Below the pieces are notes generated by a model. The model was not told the DNA's origin and did no database searches. It saw only the letters and a list, made by a program, of their open reading frames with translations. Position numbers and translations under genes: made by a program. Source: Lingula anatina (lineage: Eukaryota; Animalia; Brachiopoda). Taken from it: a stretch of DNA of 64,000 nucleotides. Positions 1-12,900 of this stretch are shown piece by piece. Positions within the stretch are counted from its first letter, which is position 1. Each line of letters begins with the position of its first letter. Location of the stretch: NCBI GenBank assembly GCA_051362555.1, contig CM120640.1, positions 65,450,788 through 65,514,787 of the forward strand, in the 5' to 3' direction.

Positions 1-1
1 T

Positions 2-325
2 TACGCGCACACCTCCGTCTGGCTTAGGTACAGCCGATAACGCACTAATAACTCTTGGAGACATGTGTGGCTTAATCAAATGTCCCTCCCGTAGTTCAGA
101 AAGGAGTTGTTCCTCAACTTTGGACTTAAAGTCTGGGTGCAGCGCTGATTTGCTGTTTTTGGTTTTTGCTGGTGCTATGTTATCCGCCTTTATATCGTCT
201 ACAATTTTAAAACCCGTCTCTATGCCCCCTATTACGAAGTCATAATCATAATCCCCTCTCATAAGTTCTTTCCATGTCTTTATGTTATTGGTTAGTGGGG
301 ATACTGTGGGGGAATCCCCGGGCAT
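2..325 (-). CDS. Reverse transcriptase ORF N-terminus (partial; not in ORF track because it runs off the edge)
   Basis: Manual translation MPGDSPTVSPLTNNIKTWKELMRGDYDYDFVIGGIETGFKI...NSKSAL...VEEQLLSELREGHL...ISALSAVPKPDGGVRV matches the DIRS/Ngaro RT start pattern (G...GF.I; N..SA; SPLG.VPK.DG..R). Confidence 0.8.
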   Translation of the reverse strand, partial: MPGDSPTVSPLTNNIKTWKELMRGDYDYDFVIGGIETGFKIVDDIKADNIAPAKTKNSKSALHPDFKSKVEEQLLSELREGHLIKPHMSPRVISALSAVPKPDGGVRV

Positions 326-328
326 CTG

Positions 329-1432
329 TCAGTAGTCCTTATGCTGCTGTAAGCCTGGCTGCTGTTGTGATTGCTTATGAGTAAAGTCTCCATGCCCAGA
401 TGTAAGACAGGTGCTGCAGATGTGGGAAAATTTACAGTTCCTGATATTGCAGTCCAGCCGTCCATTAAACTTGAGGCAAACTGGGCGGCCTGTAGAGGGA
501 TCCGATTTACTTTGCCTTTGTTGTCTTTGGGGGCGAGTTGGTTGGTTGGCTTTTACTGATTTCAACAGCAATTGCATGAGAAAAACACTGTCAGTGCCCC
601 ACTGAAACCCCTGTGTAGCCTGGGCTTTCCTGTATTCCATGTCATAACGTAGCACCGACTGCCATTCGAAAGCTTGTGCCATGCAAGTGATCTTTGTGAT
701 GTAGCTAACGTAACTCGCTACAGTTGCCAAGTCTATGCCCTCTTTCACTATCATTTCCGAGAGGATCTTCATGCTGGCCTCGGTGTACTGCATGGGCGTT
801 ATGCTCTTTAAGGGGGGACGTCTGTCGCTGAGGGATACATTGAAGTCGCCAATCCTCACGGTCGCGCTGTCGTTTTGGCTAGTGTTGTACTGCTGTTTAA
901 ACATAATAAAGTCCCGGACGTCATAATGGCGTTTTGCGGGGTTAGAAGCACCCAGGGAATCAAACGGGTCAAAGGTGCTCTTACCTTGAGGAGGCGTTGA
1001 TTCCTTATGAACTCCCTCGGTCGTCTTGGTTCCCAAAAGTTGACATAATTTCGTGTAGTCTAATTCTCCAGTGGGCGCCGCCATGTTTGTGACGTCACAT
1101 CCTGTCTCCGAGGAAGATGGCGGCTGCGCTTCCGGTCCTCTGCTGCTGCCTGCCCTGGCTCCGTCCGTCTCGCAAGGAGGGTCCACTGCAGCGTCGGCGA
1201 CAGGCCTTGCTGCAGTTGGTTTCGTTCTCACCTCTGTGTTTAGTGATGAAACTGCTTCCTGCAATAGCAGCAGCTGCCCTAGCGGTAGCGTCTTGCCGAA
1301 AGTTTTGTGGATCAACGTGTCCGTCAGCATCTTGCAGGATCTCGTCGAAGTGAATCCTGCTTCGCTCAGAATGGTCATCGTCTGATCGCTGAGTTCGTAC
1401 TCGTTTCTCCAAGCCTGGAACTCCTCGCCCAT
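329..1432 (-). CDS. Retrotransposon ORF1/gag-like protein, 367 aa
   Basis: Intact ORF. SAM-like N-terminus (FQAWRNEYELS...LPLGQLLLL), central 'WQSVLRYDMEYRK...W' motif typical of DIRS/Ngaro ORF1, and a C-terminal Cys/His cluster (CLKFN...C...CKFSHICSTC...H). Confidence 0.8.
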   Translation of the reverse strand: MGEEFQAWRNEYELSDQTMTILSEAGFTSTRSCKMLTDTLIHKTFGKTLPLGQLLLLQEAVSSLNTEVRTKPTAARPVADAAVDPPCETDGARAGSSRGPEAQPPSSSETGCDVTNMAAPTGELDYTKLCQLLGTKTTEGVHKESTPPQGKSTFDPFDSLGASNPAKRHYDVRDFIMFKQQYNTSQNDSATVRIGDFNVSLSDRRPPLKSITPMQYTEASMKILSEMIVKEGIDLATVASYVSYITKITCMAQAFEWQSVLRYDMEYRKAQATQGFQWGTDSVFLMQLLLKSVKANQPTRPQRQQRQSKSDPSTGRPVCLKFNGRLDCNIRNCKFSHICSTCLTSGHGDFTHKQSQQQPGLQQHKDY

Positions 1433-2044
1433 GGTGCCGCCGTAGTAGATGTAGTAAAACGAGTATTTAATGAGAGCAAAGCAGAATAAGCTTAAACAGC
1501 AAGGTCGGTGTGCTAACGCTAAAAATTATGCATGTTTCAGCTGGCGGCGCCAAACAAAGACTGCCCCAGGAGTGAAATATTAATAGGGCCTACAAAGTTA
1601 AGCTGAATGACCATTGGCCACGCTACCGGATGTTTTTCACGTGGCCTAGTTACTAAGAGCTGATAGGACAAAATTGTTTTTCACATGACTAGTAACAACC
1701 CTGGGAAACAAAGGCCAGCTGCAGGCACCTTCCCTGTGTGTGCTTTTAAATACTCCTTATTCTAAGGGGGCACCACAGTCATAGGATGGGTTGAGGGTTG
1801 ATAATGTAACCCATTCATGGGATGGGTTGAGGGTTGACAGTATCACCCACAGTTATAGGGTTGGTTGAGTGTAGGTAGTATAACCCACTGTTGTAGAGTG
1901 TTTATTTGGAAACTAAATTGAAGTCTGGCAATATAATTTAACCTGAAATATGAATTTCAAGAGGCTAGCAGTAGAAAAAGTTTGTTTGAACACAAGTTGG
2001 CTATTAACCGTGGTCTATACATGTAACTTTTTTCCTACTTTCAG

Positions 2045-3808
2045 CATTTTCCCAGCAGACATCTACATAGACATATGTGTGTTGTTATTCATATACAAGA
2101 GATTGCAGTCAACATCAGTAAAGACAGCTACAAATATGGATTGATGGAGCAGGTACTTGAAAAATGATGCGGAGTGAAACAATTGGCTAATTGAAATGCT
2201 TATACTTTGCAATAAGATTTGGTTCAAAGGCCTTCACATGTAATATACAGGGATGAGGTTATTCAGACTTCAGACTATCGGAAGCTTTCTGACTTAAGTG
2301 GTACCAAAAATATCATGCCATATTTTCTGACTTTTTCACAAAATGGCAGTCTCATCCCTGATTATACATTCATACACTGTATATTCCTAGATTTTGACAG
2401 TCCCCACTATTATTTTATAACTTTGGGCAGTGACTGCACTTCCCAAACATGTTGTGTTAACTTGGGTCTATATTTTCAGTGATATGTGAATTTTGGCCTA
2501 TAAATTAGGCCTGGCCAGTGCTTCATTTATGTTCAACCTGAAATTTGACCTATATTTTGTTAGGCCTGGACGGCACTCCCTGTGTTTATTGATGGTTATG
2601 TGAACTTTGACCTGTATAAACTGCCCCTGTTCAGAGGAGCTCCCAGTGCAGCTTTGCTGAAACAGCTGACCAAGGAACCAGTCTGGGAATGGACTCCTAA
2701 GGCTGTGGCTAACAAGTCTGTGAGTTTAATTATATGCAGGGGCGGATTTAGGCCGTCTTCTGGGTCTTCTGGAAGACGGTCAGATTTTCAACTTTACATT
2801 GTCAGCCATCTAATGTTTTCTGTCGGAAGACCGTCAAAAATGGAAGATGGATCAACAAAGATAATTTGGAAGACTGTCCGAAAATATCTCTGGATCCGCC
2901 CCTGATATGTATGACCATCATATGTGTGAATTTTAATGAATTTATGGCCTGTAGATTTCAGGTCAGTCTAAATTGGAAAAAGAAAAATCAATTTGAATTG
3001 CTAGTAGTTTTTATGTCAGTCTAAATTGGAAAAAAAATCAATTTGAATTGCCTCCATTTGAAATGGTTCATTAGATTAATCAATGTCTTAATTGTGGCTG
3101 TGTGTCTTCAGATTAAGAAGTTGGACTCCTTATTTTTTTTGGAAGTTTACAACTGCATATTAGTGTTTATCCTTGAAATGATTATTATTGTGTTTATCCC
3201 ATCTTTCAGGTGAAGTATCTGGAAGGAGCATCTGTGTTTGCATTCATCTGTGATACAAGGAGAGAAGAGGAAATGAAGGAAAGAATGAATACGGTATGTT
3301 GGAACTCTCTGTCTCTCTCTCACTTCCAGTTTCTGCATCTCTCTCTCTTAATATATCTATATACAAGGAGTTTTATGTTCCTTTAGATGGATCCACTGGA
3401 GGACCTGCTTCCCTCTGACAGGCTTGCAGAGTATGAAGGCCGTGGTGAAGGAAGAGAGCTGAACACCATGGTGCCCCATGGGAAGACCCCACAACAGTTT
3501 GTAGAAGGATTGGCTCAGAAGTTTAAAAGTGTAAGTTCCAAGCTCTTTCTTAAGATATGAGGTAAATTATCATTATGTGGTCATTTTTAACTTGCAAGAT
3601 AAAAATTACGCCATGAGTGCCATGCAGTGAATAATTTAATATTGGCTAATTTAACAGTTAATGACCAAGTAACAGACAAGGTAAGTTGCAATGTTTGGAC
3701 TGTGTAGTTATTATGGAAATGAAAACTTTCTATTTCATGTAAAATTTAAAAAACTTTTCTTTGCAGCTTGTGTACAAGCTATATAGTGATGGAGGGCAGA
3801 TTTCATAA
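2045..3808 (+). CDS. Last five exons (copy A) of an uncharacterised multi-C2-like-domain protein (CCDC17-related): 2045-2152, 2564-2719, 3210-3293, 3387-3530, 3767-3808 (TAA)
   Basis: GT-AG exons splice in phase 0 to HFPSRHLHRH...AWTALPVFIDGYVNFDLYKLPLFRG...LVYKLYSDGGQIS*. Near-identical to copy B. Confidence 0.75.
2737..2904. mobile_element. MITE, 168 bp, TIR caggggcggat...atccgcccctg, TSD atatg
   Basis: TIRs and a 5-bp direct flank are visible. The empty site is present in copy B at ~12768 (attatatgtatgacc). Confidence 0.9.
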
Positions 3809-5149
3809 GCCAGACACCCAGCAAATAACAGAATTAAATAAGATGGATATCGAAAAAAAAAAAAATCTAGCCACTACATCTGAGGAAGTTTTTAAGAATA
3901 TGTGATAGAAATTAGGAATAATTTCTTAGGTGCCAATTTACTCATGTTATTTCTAAGACTTATTTAATCTTAAGCGCATGTACAAGTTTTTCCATTTAAA
4001 AACGTTTCACTGGTTTCATTTGTGAATTTTCAATATCATCCTAATTAATTTTTGTAGAAAGTTATTTACAAAGTGAAAATGTTTGCATTGTGTGTGCCAT
4101 AGATAGTCCTGTCAATGCAGAGCATATAGTAAGGACCAAAGTTTTTAATAAAGTGCAATTTTTAAGACAATTGATCTTAAGGTTTTTAATGTCAACCCTC
4201 TGTTTATAAGATGATATAAAGAGTACTCTGAACACTAAATTGTAAAATACAATAGTTCTTTATTTTGCAGAAACTTAATAATTCGATCACCTCTCTCTTT
4301 GTCCATTTATATCAACTGTTATTGCTTTAATATAACTTCTACCTAGCATGCACACATTATTGCACATTGATACACAAAGCATCCCCCCCCCTCCCAAATC
4401 CAAACAGTTCATTAACTGACAAACAGTTCATTAACTGACAATAATAATATTTCAGCCAGGAGCGCTTTTAAGTCTGATATTAGTGCTACTGAACTAACAG
4501 GTATTTTATATACCCCCAAGGATACTAATTATATTCTACAAATATGTTATTACAAGAAATAGTTTGTTTCACAGTTACCTGTAATGAGCTTCATTATTTA
4601 CTAAAAACTTTTATTGTATTATCAAAAATTGATGGTGATTATACTGTTAAGCATTATGTAATATTGCATCAATATGGAAAAAAAACTATTTTGGACACTG
4701 ATGACCATCAAGGGAAAACCATGTTACTTATGGTACTTACTGAAAAGTGCAGCTTGTGAGGAAAATCAGTGTGATTGATTTCTGTTTTGTAAGCAATGCA
4801 GTTCTATAGAGTGCTATATGATGGTACTGTATGGACGGTGGTCGGTATGAAATTGTCCCTTGGGTTATCACTAATTAAATTAAGGTCTATAAAGTCACTT
4901 AAGGTCTATAAAGTTAATGAATCAATTTCTACATTCAAAGTTAGTCCCTGAATTTTTTCTAAAAAGTTTTTTTTCTGTTTTTGTAATAATCTCTGAAGAG
5001 ATTATAACACAGTATAGCCATCTATGGAGGTCTCGTCATCCGATGACAAGCTCAGATATCAGAATAATAGCTATAACTGCCGTTTTTGTTGTAAAATGGA
5101 ATATATTATATTTCTATGAGTTGTTTACAATGTCTTATTGTGAAATATA

Positions 5150-5466
5150 CAGGCCTACCCAACTGCCAGACTCGGCACCGAATGATCCTGAATTCACCGG
5201 TAAATCGGACCACACTACCCATATTTAAGGTGTGTATCAGTACACATTTTACAGTATCAGACGCAACATCGCTCTTGCCTAGTACGCGATGTGATAGTGA
5301 CGATTCTCAGCAGGGTTGGAAAGCATTGCATCACCACTCAAAATTTGTTCAGGGTATGATACTGTGTAATGCGATCTGACACACACCTTGAAAACGGGTA
5401 GTGTGGTCTGATCTACCGGTGAAATCAGGATCATTCGGTGCCGAGTCTGGTAGTTGGGTAGGCTTG
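5150..5466. mobile_element. MITE, ~317 bp, with ~110-bp terminal inverted repeats
   Basis: caggcctacccaactgccagactcggcaccgaatgatcctga... is the reverse complement of ...tcaggatcattcggtgccgagtctggtagttgggtaggcttg. Flanked by atata on both sides. Explains the mirrored ORFs 5116..5379 and 5279..5479. Confidence 0.9.
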
Positions 5467-6221
5467 ATATAGATCTCATACAAAGAGTTATTATCCTTTT
5501 AAGTGTTGATTGTGCTGTTATAAACTTTATTTATTATTATATCAAAATTGACAAAATGACCTATTTTCTGCATCATTTTAAGGTGTGACTGATGGGCCTG
5601 AAGACCTTTACTAGTCACATTTGTAATTTTCCCTTGGGTATAAGTTCAGAGCTATAAAGTCAATTAAGATTCAAGTGGCCATTAAATGAGATTACGTAAA
5701 ACACACTTGTTGATACTGTAAACTCCCATAGGCTAAGTTCTCTGCCAGATAAGTGTCCATAATAAGGAAGCAGTGATAATTATGCAGGTAAATATTGTTT
5801 AATATTGCAAATAAGTTTTCAAAAAATAAAAATAAATAAATAAATATATATATATTTTGTGTAATGCCAATATTAATGCTATAAATGAATAACAGTGACT
5901 TATGTATCCTCAAACTCAATGGGGTTATTCATATCATGTTAATACAGCAAGATTGAAAGTTTGAATAGCAGCTTTATTGGAATATTTTTGTTTTTTTTTT
6001 TAATTTTTTTTAAACACTGGCATTTTCAAGATGTGACTTTTAACTCCCATCTATTTGAACCTTTGCATATTTTCTGTATTTCCATCCAAGCAGTTGTATT
6101 GGTATTTATGTCTTTAAACATTATGTAGTATTATTTTTTGCACTGTCATCATTTTTTCAAATATTGCGATTTTCATCATGTGAATTTGAACTCTCGTGGT
6201 CCTGAAACTGTAATCTTATTG

Positions 6222-6389
6222 CAGGGGCGGATTGAGACCGTCTTCTGGGCCTTCTGAAGACTGTCAGATTTTAATGTTTACATTGACGGATATCTATTTT
6301 TTTCTGTTGAAAGACCATCAAAAATGGAGGATGGATCAACAAAATTAATTTGGAATACTGTCAGAAAATATCTCTTCTGTTCGCTCCTG
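6222..6389. mobile_element. Second, more degenerate copy of the caggggcggat MITE family, flanked by ttattg
   Basis: Co-linear similarity to 2737-2904 and a ttattg direct repeat on both sides. Confidence 0.85.
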
Positions 6390-6912
6390 TTATTGACCAT
6401 GTTATCTGTTGTTCATGATTAAAATTCAGTGTTGTTGATTGACAGCATTATTTATTATTGCATCAAAAATGACAAAATGACCTATTTTCTGCATTTTTAT
6501 TTTCTGTTTTTTGTCTGTACAGATATATTGGTATTTTTTGTTTTTGAAAAAAAATGGTTTTATTTTGTAATAAGTGCAATAGTTTAGGTGGTGCGGCTAT
6601 GAGGCAAAAAACTAATGTAATCAATAAATCAGTGTTAAAAGATTGATTACATTAGTTTTTTTCCTTTTGAAGATATTTATATATTATTTTAACTGTTCAG
6701 ATAGCATGAACTTTATACAAATGCTTATGTCTTTGTGTTCAAAAGTCTTGATTTTAAGTGATTAGCATGTTTAGAAAAATAAGAGTGTTTTAAAATATAA
6801 TCAGTTTTTCTGGTGCTCAAATGTTGAATAGTTTCACCATAGCATTAAAAAAATCTACACATTAAAAAAATGACAGAAAATGACCAGATGCTCTTTGTTT
6901 TCCCTGTACCAG

Positions 6913-9900
6913 AGGTGTGCTGACCCCAGGAGAGAGTAAGACCCTGGGGTTCCAGGTGGGCCATGTGAAGGGTGCAGACCAGGGTTTGGCCAAGGTGCGA
7001 CTGGCAGTGTATCACATCCACTCTGGGAAAGTACGTACATCATGCTGAACCTGTCCCCCTCTTTATGTGACAATGACAATGACAATGCCTTTATTCTCAA
7101 AAACAAAATATGTTGTTGAGAATGTATTGCACATTCAATTTAATCAGGAGAGTTGACTCTCTCTATTATGATACGAATATATTTTGCTTATTTGGTAAGT
7201 AATTTCTTATTTTGCATGTATTATGTAATTTGTAAAACTTATACGTTAGGGGTAGTGCATGTATGTATTAAACAGTTGTGTGATATTATGACAAGATTAA
7301 AGATGGTTTGAATATATGTACAGCTATCACTAATTGCTTGTGTTTCAGATTGTCCAGTCTGTCACAGGGCCAGTAACTTGCAGCACCAGTAGTGTAGTTT
7401 CTGACTTCAAGTACAAGTATCACGTTTTTGGGCAGCAAGAGGCCATATTCCAAGGAGTAAACATTCAACCTGATATAGTGATCATTGCTAGAGTGTATCT
7501 GAGTAAGAATGATCTCCAGAGGAGGACGGGAGATGATGACGATGACTCACATTTTGATGAAAGTACTCTGGTTGCCTGGGGGGCAGTGCCTCTAGTTGTC
7601 ACCAGTGGCAGGAGGAGTAAGTGGGAAGTAATGGGGAATACTGACACATATAGATGGAAGAAATTGACAGTTTTGAAGTAGATTACATTCTGTATGTTTA
7701 AACTAATCAATGAAATAATTATCAGTTGTGTAAACAGTATCTATAACATGTAAGCTTTGGTAAAGCAAGCATCATTTTTAAACGTTAAAACACTTATAGG
7801 ACAGGATCCATATTATGACTTAAATTTCTAGGTGATATGTATAGCAGTTATCATAGAAGTAACATCAACCAGTCCACTGTGAATACTGGCACTCACACAG
7901 TGCTGCTGTATGAGCCTCCAGTACCAGAGACAGACACTATCTCCCTGGAGATGGGATGGAAGCCCCAGGGAGTTAGGAGGTTCAGACGAGCCACATTACG
8001 GCTTAGACTGTTCCATGGAAAACCCCGCCCTGGCTCCCTCACTCCAAGTGAAGCATCAGACCAAGAAGATGATACTCTGCCTAAGGTATTTGTCAAATGC
8101 CTTGTTTATCTTTGTATATCTTTAAATTAATTTTTTTGAGGGAGAGAGAGAGAGAGAGATTATTTCTCTATTATTTCTCTCTCTCTGTGTTTATTTTTAG
8201 ACTGATGTGGTATGTTATTATTTTTTCTAGTATGATGTTATATGTTTTTTGTTAAATGATGAGGGATTTCAAACCCTAACACATGTCAGATATGTATGAA
8301 AAAGCAAACAATGTTTTTAGACATTTGAACATACGGGCCAACCAGTACTTTTAATGTTTTTGATTACCTTTTATTTGGTGATTCTTTTTGTATAATTTCC
8401 AGAATGCTTGGCTACCATGCAAGAGGAGCTCACCTCCAAGTGAACCCTACAATCCAGACCAGGGATTTGATATTTACATAGATGCATGCAAAAATATGCC
8501 AGATGGTGTCACATTTTCTAAGGTATGAAAACTGGTAAAGAAAAAAAAAAAAACACTTTCACTGAAGAAGTTTTGTGAAAAACTTAGGTGACAGCAACAT
8601 AGTCAGATATAATAAAATCTCCTTCAGTAATTGTGGTTTGATGGTCAGATATAAGTTACAAGAATTTTTCTTATTCCAGGTTGCTGGTACAATCCTCAGT
8701 AGAGACGGTCGTTTCTTTGGTGGTGTTGTGGATGCTGCAATTCGGATAACCAGCGATGACATTTACAATCCGGTGTATAACTATAGGCTAGAGATGAGGG
8801 ACCCAAACATCTCACCTACAGCTACATTATTACTAAAGGTAATCAGATCTGCCGTCCTGCGTGGAATTGCATTCAAGACATTTTTAGTTTAAATTGCTAT
8901 TTACATAAAAATGATTAACCTGCAACTGTTATTTTTGTAGATCTATACACGTGAGAGATTTGTGGAAGACCATCCCTTAGTCAGTGCTTATGCAGTTCTC
9001 AACATTTTTGTGGAATCTGGAACTGAGACTCAGCCAGAAGATGACAACACTGATGCCCAGGTACTGCTAGAAAACTGTGCTTCATATTGAAAGTATTTTG
9101 TACAGCCATATAAAATTGCTGGTTTAGATTGATTGTGCGAGCTCATTTCAATGAATGTCATGCAGCAGTCAAGTGTTACATGTGTTATCTTTGATTATGT
9201 CAGTATTAAGATCATAGACCAAAGTTGTTCCCTCTGATCTCTAAGAACAAACTGTTCACCTCTATATTTTCCAGATCTCTCTGAATAAGGGTGCCCACCA
9301 GTTGCGTCTATATTTCAGTGGACCTCAGCAAGGGGAACCATATACAGGCTCATGCCTACACGACGGAGCTGTGGGATACATTTCTGGGGCCACTATCTTG
9401 GTCAGATTGGTCAGCGCTGCCTTAGATAACAATGGTCAACCGCTTAAGGTGAGTAGATTAGTGGCATGGCCAGCTTGTAACCAATGAATTAAACATACGT
9501 ATCCTATGCAAAAACTTAAACAAAAATTATATTATTTTATTTCCTTCACATGTTTGAGGATGTTAAAAGTGCTGTTTTAGGGGGATGCACCATTGTTTGT
9601 TTGATTTATACAAAGACCTGATACATCAAAAATGACTGAAGATGTCCTGTGCTCTGGGTCCCAGCCAAAGCTGGTCTTTCTGTCAAGGACACGTTCACCT
9701 TCAGAGAAACCAGATCCTCCAACCAGCCTGGTAACCTCCATGACACTTATAGTTTTACTCTCAGAAAGACAAGAGGGTCCCATCAGTTGGGAGGGGGGTG
9801 ATCACAGTTCACGGGAAATACCTGTATAATCATCAATTCACAAATCACAGTAAAATCAATCTAAATTCATTTTCCACTGATAATATACATCCTGAAAATC

Positions 9901-12900
9901 ATGATTAACCTGGATAATGCTAAATAACATAAATTGTTCACCCAGCTTTGGTAATAAAAAGTTGCAGTAATGGGTAACCAAAATGCCCAGTGGGACCCTC
10001 AGACAAGTTCCTCCCAAACTGACTGGAAACAACCATTTCACTTTCACCTTCACTTTCAGATAGACCAGGTCCCTCAAACTGACTGGGAAGGTCTTGGTCT
10101 CTGGGTGCCTGCTCCAGCTTACAGTAGTAGAGTTTATCTATCAATGTCATGTGAACCAGGCCCACAGGAAGTCTCCATTCTCCAGGTGTTGGCACAGAGG
10201 ACACCCATCACAGCACAGAAGTCCATAGAACTGGTGGCAGAGCAGAGAGAACTAAGAAACCTAAGGACAGAGGATAGTATAGCCAACTTCATCACTGTAA
10301 GTGGATATGCTTGTGTGACAACATGGTATTGCACCCCTTTTCTTACGTCACATTTTATTCTGATTATGATAAGCTAATTTGTATTAAGTATGAAAAAGAT
10401 AAACTGTTGACATATGAAAGAAATTGTCACTTTTCTGACTATATACTTGTTTCAGAAACAAGTACTGGGACTACCAGAAATATGATTGAACTATTTAATT
10501 TTGCTCATTTCAGGAGCAGCTAATCAAACCTCCGGGAGTACAGCCATCAGACATGCATCCTGCCTATGTAGTGCCCTACAGCCCAAAACACGGCATTAAG
10601 GTATAGTGATATGAGTAAAACAACTACAAAAGGTATACTGCCAATTTATTGGATAGTAATGTTGTTTTTTTTTCTGGCTGCAAAAGATCCACTTTCAACT
10701 GTTTCTTGTCATATTTTCACCCAGGTGCGTGTAGATGGTGCTGTAAACCTCCCTTGGACCAACTTCACTCATGCTCAGATCTGCCTGAATCCACCAGGAG
10801 CTTTCTACAAGGTAATCAGATGAGTGCATATACTTTACAGCTATTTGGAATTTTTGATATTATAAATGCCTACTGTGGTCTAAAGATGACTGACCTTCAC
10901 ATGTTTAAATTTTTTATGCTCCAGGGTAACCCTCATGCAGCTTATGATAAACCTGTCTTCACAGAAAAACTGATGTTAACAAGCACCAACAAGAACCCAC
11001 AGTGGGAGGATGGGTTTATGGTAGGTGTTATAACCCAAACCCATGATAGTGTGGTGGGGTAAGGGTAGTTATAGTGTGTTGAAGGTAATGTAACCCACAG
11101 TACATGTAGTATACTGGGTTCTGGGTTAGCAGTATAACCCACAAAGGTAGGGTGGGTTCAGTGTATGTATTTATAACCCACGGTTAGGATGGATTCAGGG
11201 AAGACATAATAACCCACAGTTATAGTGTGGGTTGAGGGTTGATAATATAACCCACAGTCATAGGATGGGTTGAGGGTTGATATATAATATAACCCAGTCA
11301 TGGGATGGGTTGAGGGCTGACAGTATAACCCACAGTTATAAGGTTGGTTGAGTGTAGGTAGTATAACCCACTGTTGTAGAGTGGACTTGATTTAGAAACT
11401 AAATTGAAGTCTGGCAATATAATTTAACCTGAAATATGAATTTCAAGAGGCTAGCAGTAGAAAAAGTTTGTTTGAACACAAGTTGGCTATTAACCATGCT
11501 CTATACATGTAACTTTTTTCCTACTTGCAGCATTTTCCCAGCAGACATCTACATAGACATATGTGTGTTGTTATTCATATACAAGAGATTGCAGTCAACA
11601 TCAGTAAAGACAGCTACAAATATGGATTGATGGAGCAGGTACTTGAAAAATGATGTGGAGTGAAACAATTGGCTAATTGAAATGCTTATACGTTGCAATA
11701 TGATTTGGTTCAAAGACCTTCAAATGTAATATACAGGGATGAGGTTATTCAGACTATCAGCAGATTTCCAACTTATTGGGTACTAAAAATATCATGCCAT
11801 ATTTTCTGACTTTTTCACAAAATGGCAGTCACATCCCTGATTATACATTCATACACTGTATATTCCTAGGTTTTGACAGTCCCCACTATTATTTTATAAC
11901 TTTGGGCAGTGACTGCACTTCCCAAACATGTTGTGTTAACTTGGGTCTATATTTTCAGTGATATGTGAATTTTGGCCTATAAATTAGGCCTGGCCAGTGC
12001 TTCATTTATTTTCAACCTGAAATTTGACCTATATTTCTTCACTCCCAATGTTATTGAAATGTGAACTTTGACTTATATTTGTTAGGCCGGCCTGGACAGC
12101 ACTCCCTGTGTTTATTGATGGTTACTGAACTTTGACCTATATTTTGTTAGGCCTGGACAGCACTCCCTGTGTTTACAATCGGCAATCCTTGGCTGATGCC
12201 GCAAGCTCCATACTAACCTCGGATGTGATAGGTGCAGGAATATGTATCAAATCCATGCATTTTCTCTGCTGGAAATGCCTTCTCACTCAACTTTCCACGC
12301 ATAAACATGGCTAACAACAGTGATATTTTCATTACTACTGATTTTTCTGAAGCTTTACAGTTTGCTAAAGAATGTACTCATATTGACTTTGATTTGAAGG
12401 AAACATTCCAGCACTCCTGTTGCGTACAAAGGATTATGGTCTGTATGAGTAAATTGAGCTTGAAAGTAGTTCCTTCCCAATAATCAACATGGATGCCATC
12501 ATATCACATCCAAGGTTATTGTTGAGTGCGGAAACATCCGAGTAGTTCCGAGTGCTGTGTTTATTGATGGTTATGTGAATTTTGACCTATATTTTGTCAG
12601 GCCTGGACAGCACTCCCTGTGTTTAGTAATGGTTATGTGAACTTTGACCTGTATAAACTGCCCCTGTTCAGAGGAGCTCCCAGTGCAGCTTTGCTGAAAC
12701 AGCTGACCAAGGAACCAGTCTGGGAATGGGCTCCTAAGGCTGTGGCTAACAAGTCTGTGAGTTTAATTATATGTATGACCATCAGATGTGTGAATTTAAA
12801 TGAATTCATGGCCTGTAGTTTTCTTGTCAGTCTAAATTGGAAAAAGAAAAATCAATTTGAATTGCCTCTATTTGAAATGGTTCATTAGATTAATCTATGT

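Larger units (their letters stand above)
1..1772 (-). mobile_element. DIRS/Ngaro-type tyrosine-recombinase retrotransposon, 5' portion (continues beyond the left edge), inserted in an intron
   Basis: GC-richer intronless block with a gag-like ORF followed by an RT N-terminus. Host sequence resumes at ~1773 (ccacagtcataggatggg), matching the uninterrupted paralogous site at ~11252. Confidence 0.8.

Noticed and set aside
63-1489. Plus-strand and alternative-frame ORFs over the retrotransposon
   Set aside because: Antisense or shadow frames of the GC-richer gag/pol with no independent coding signal.
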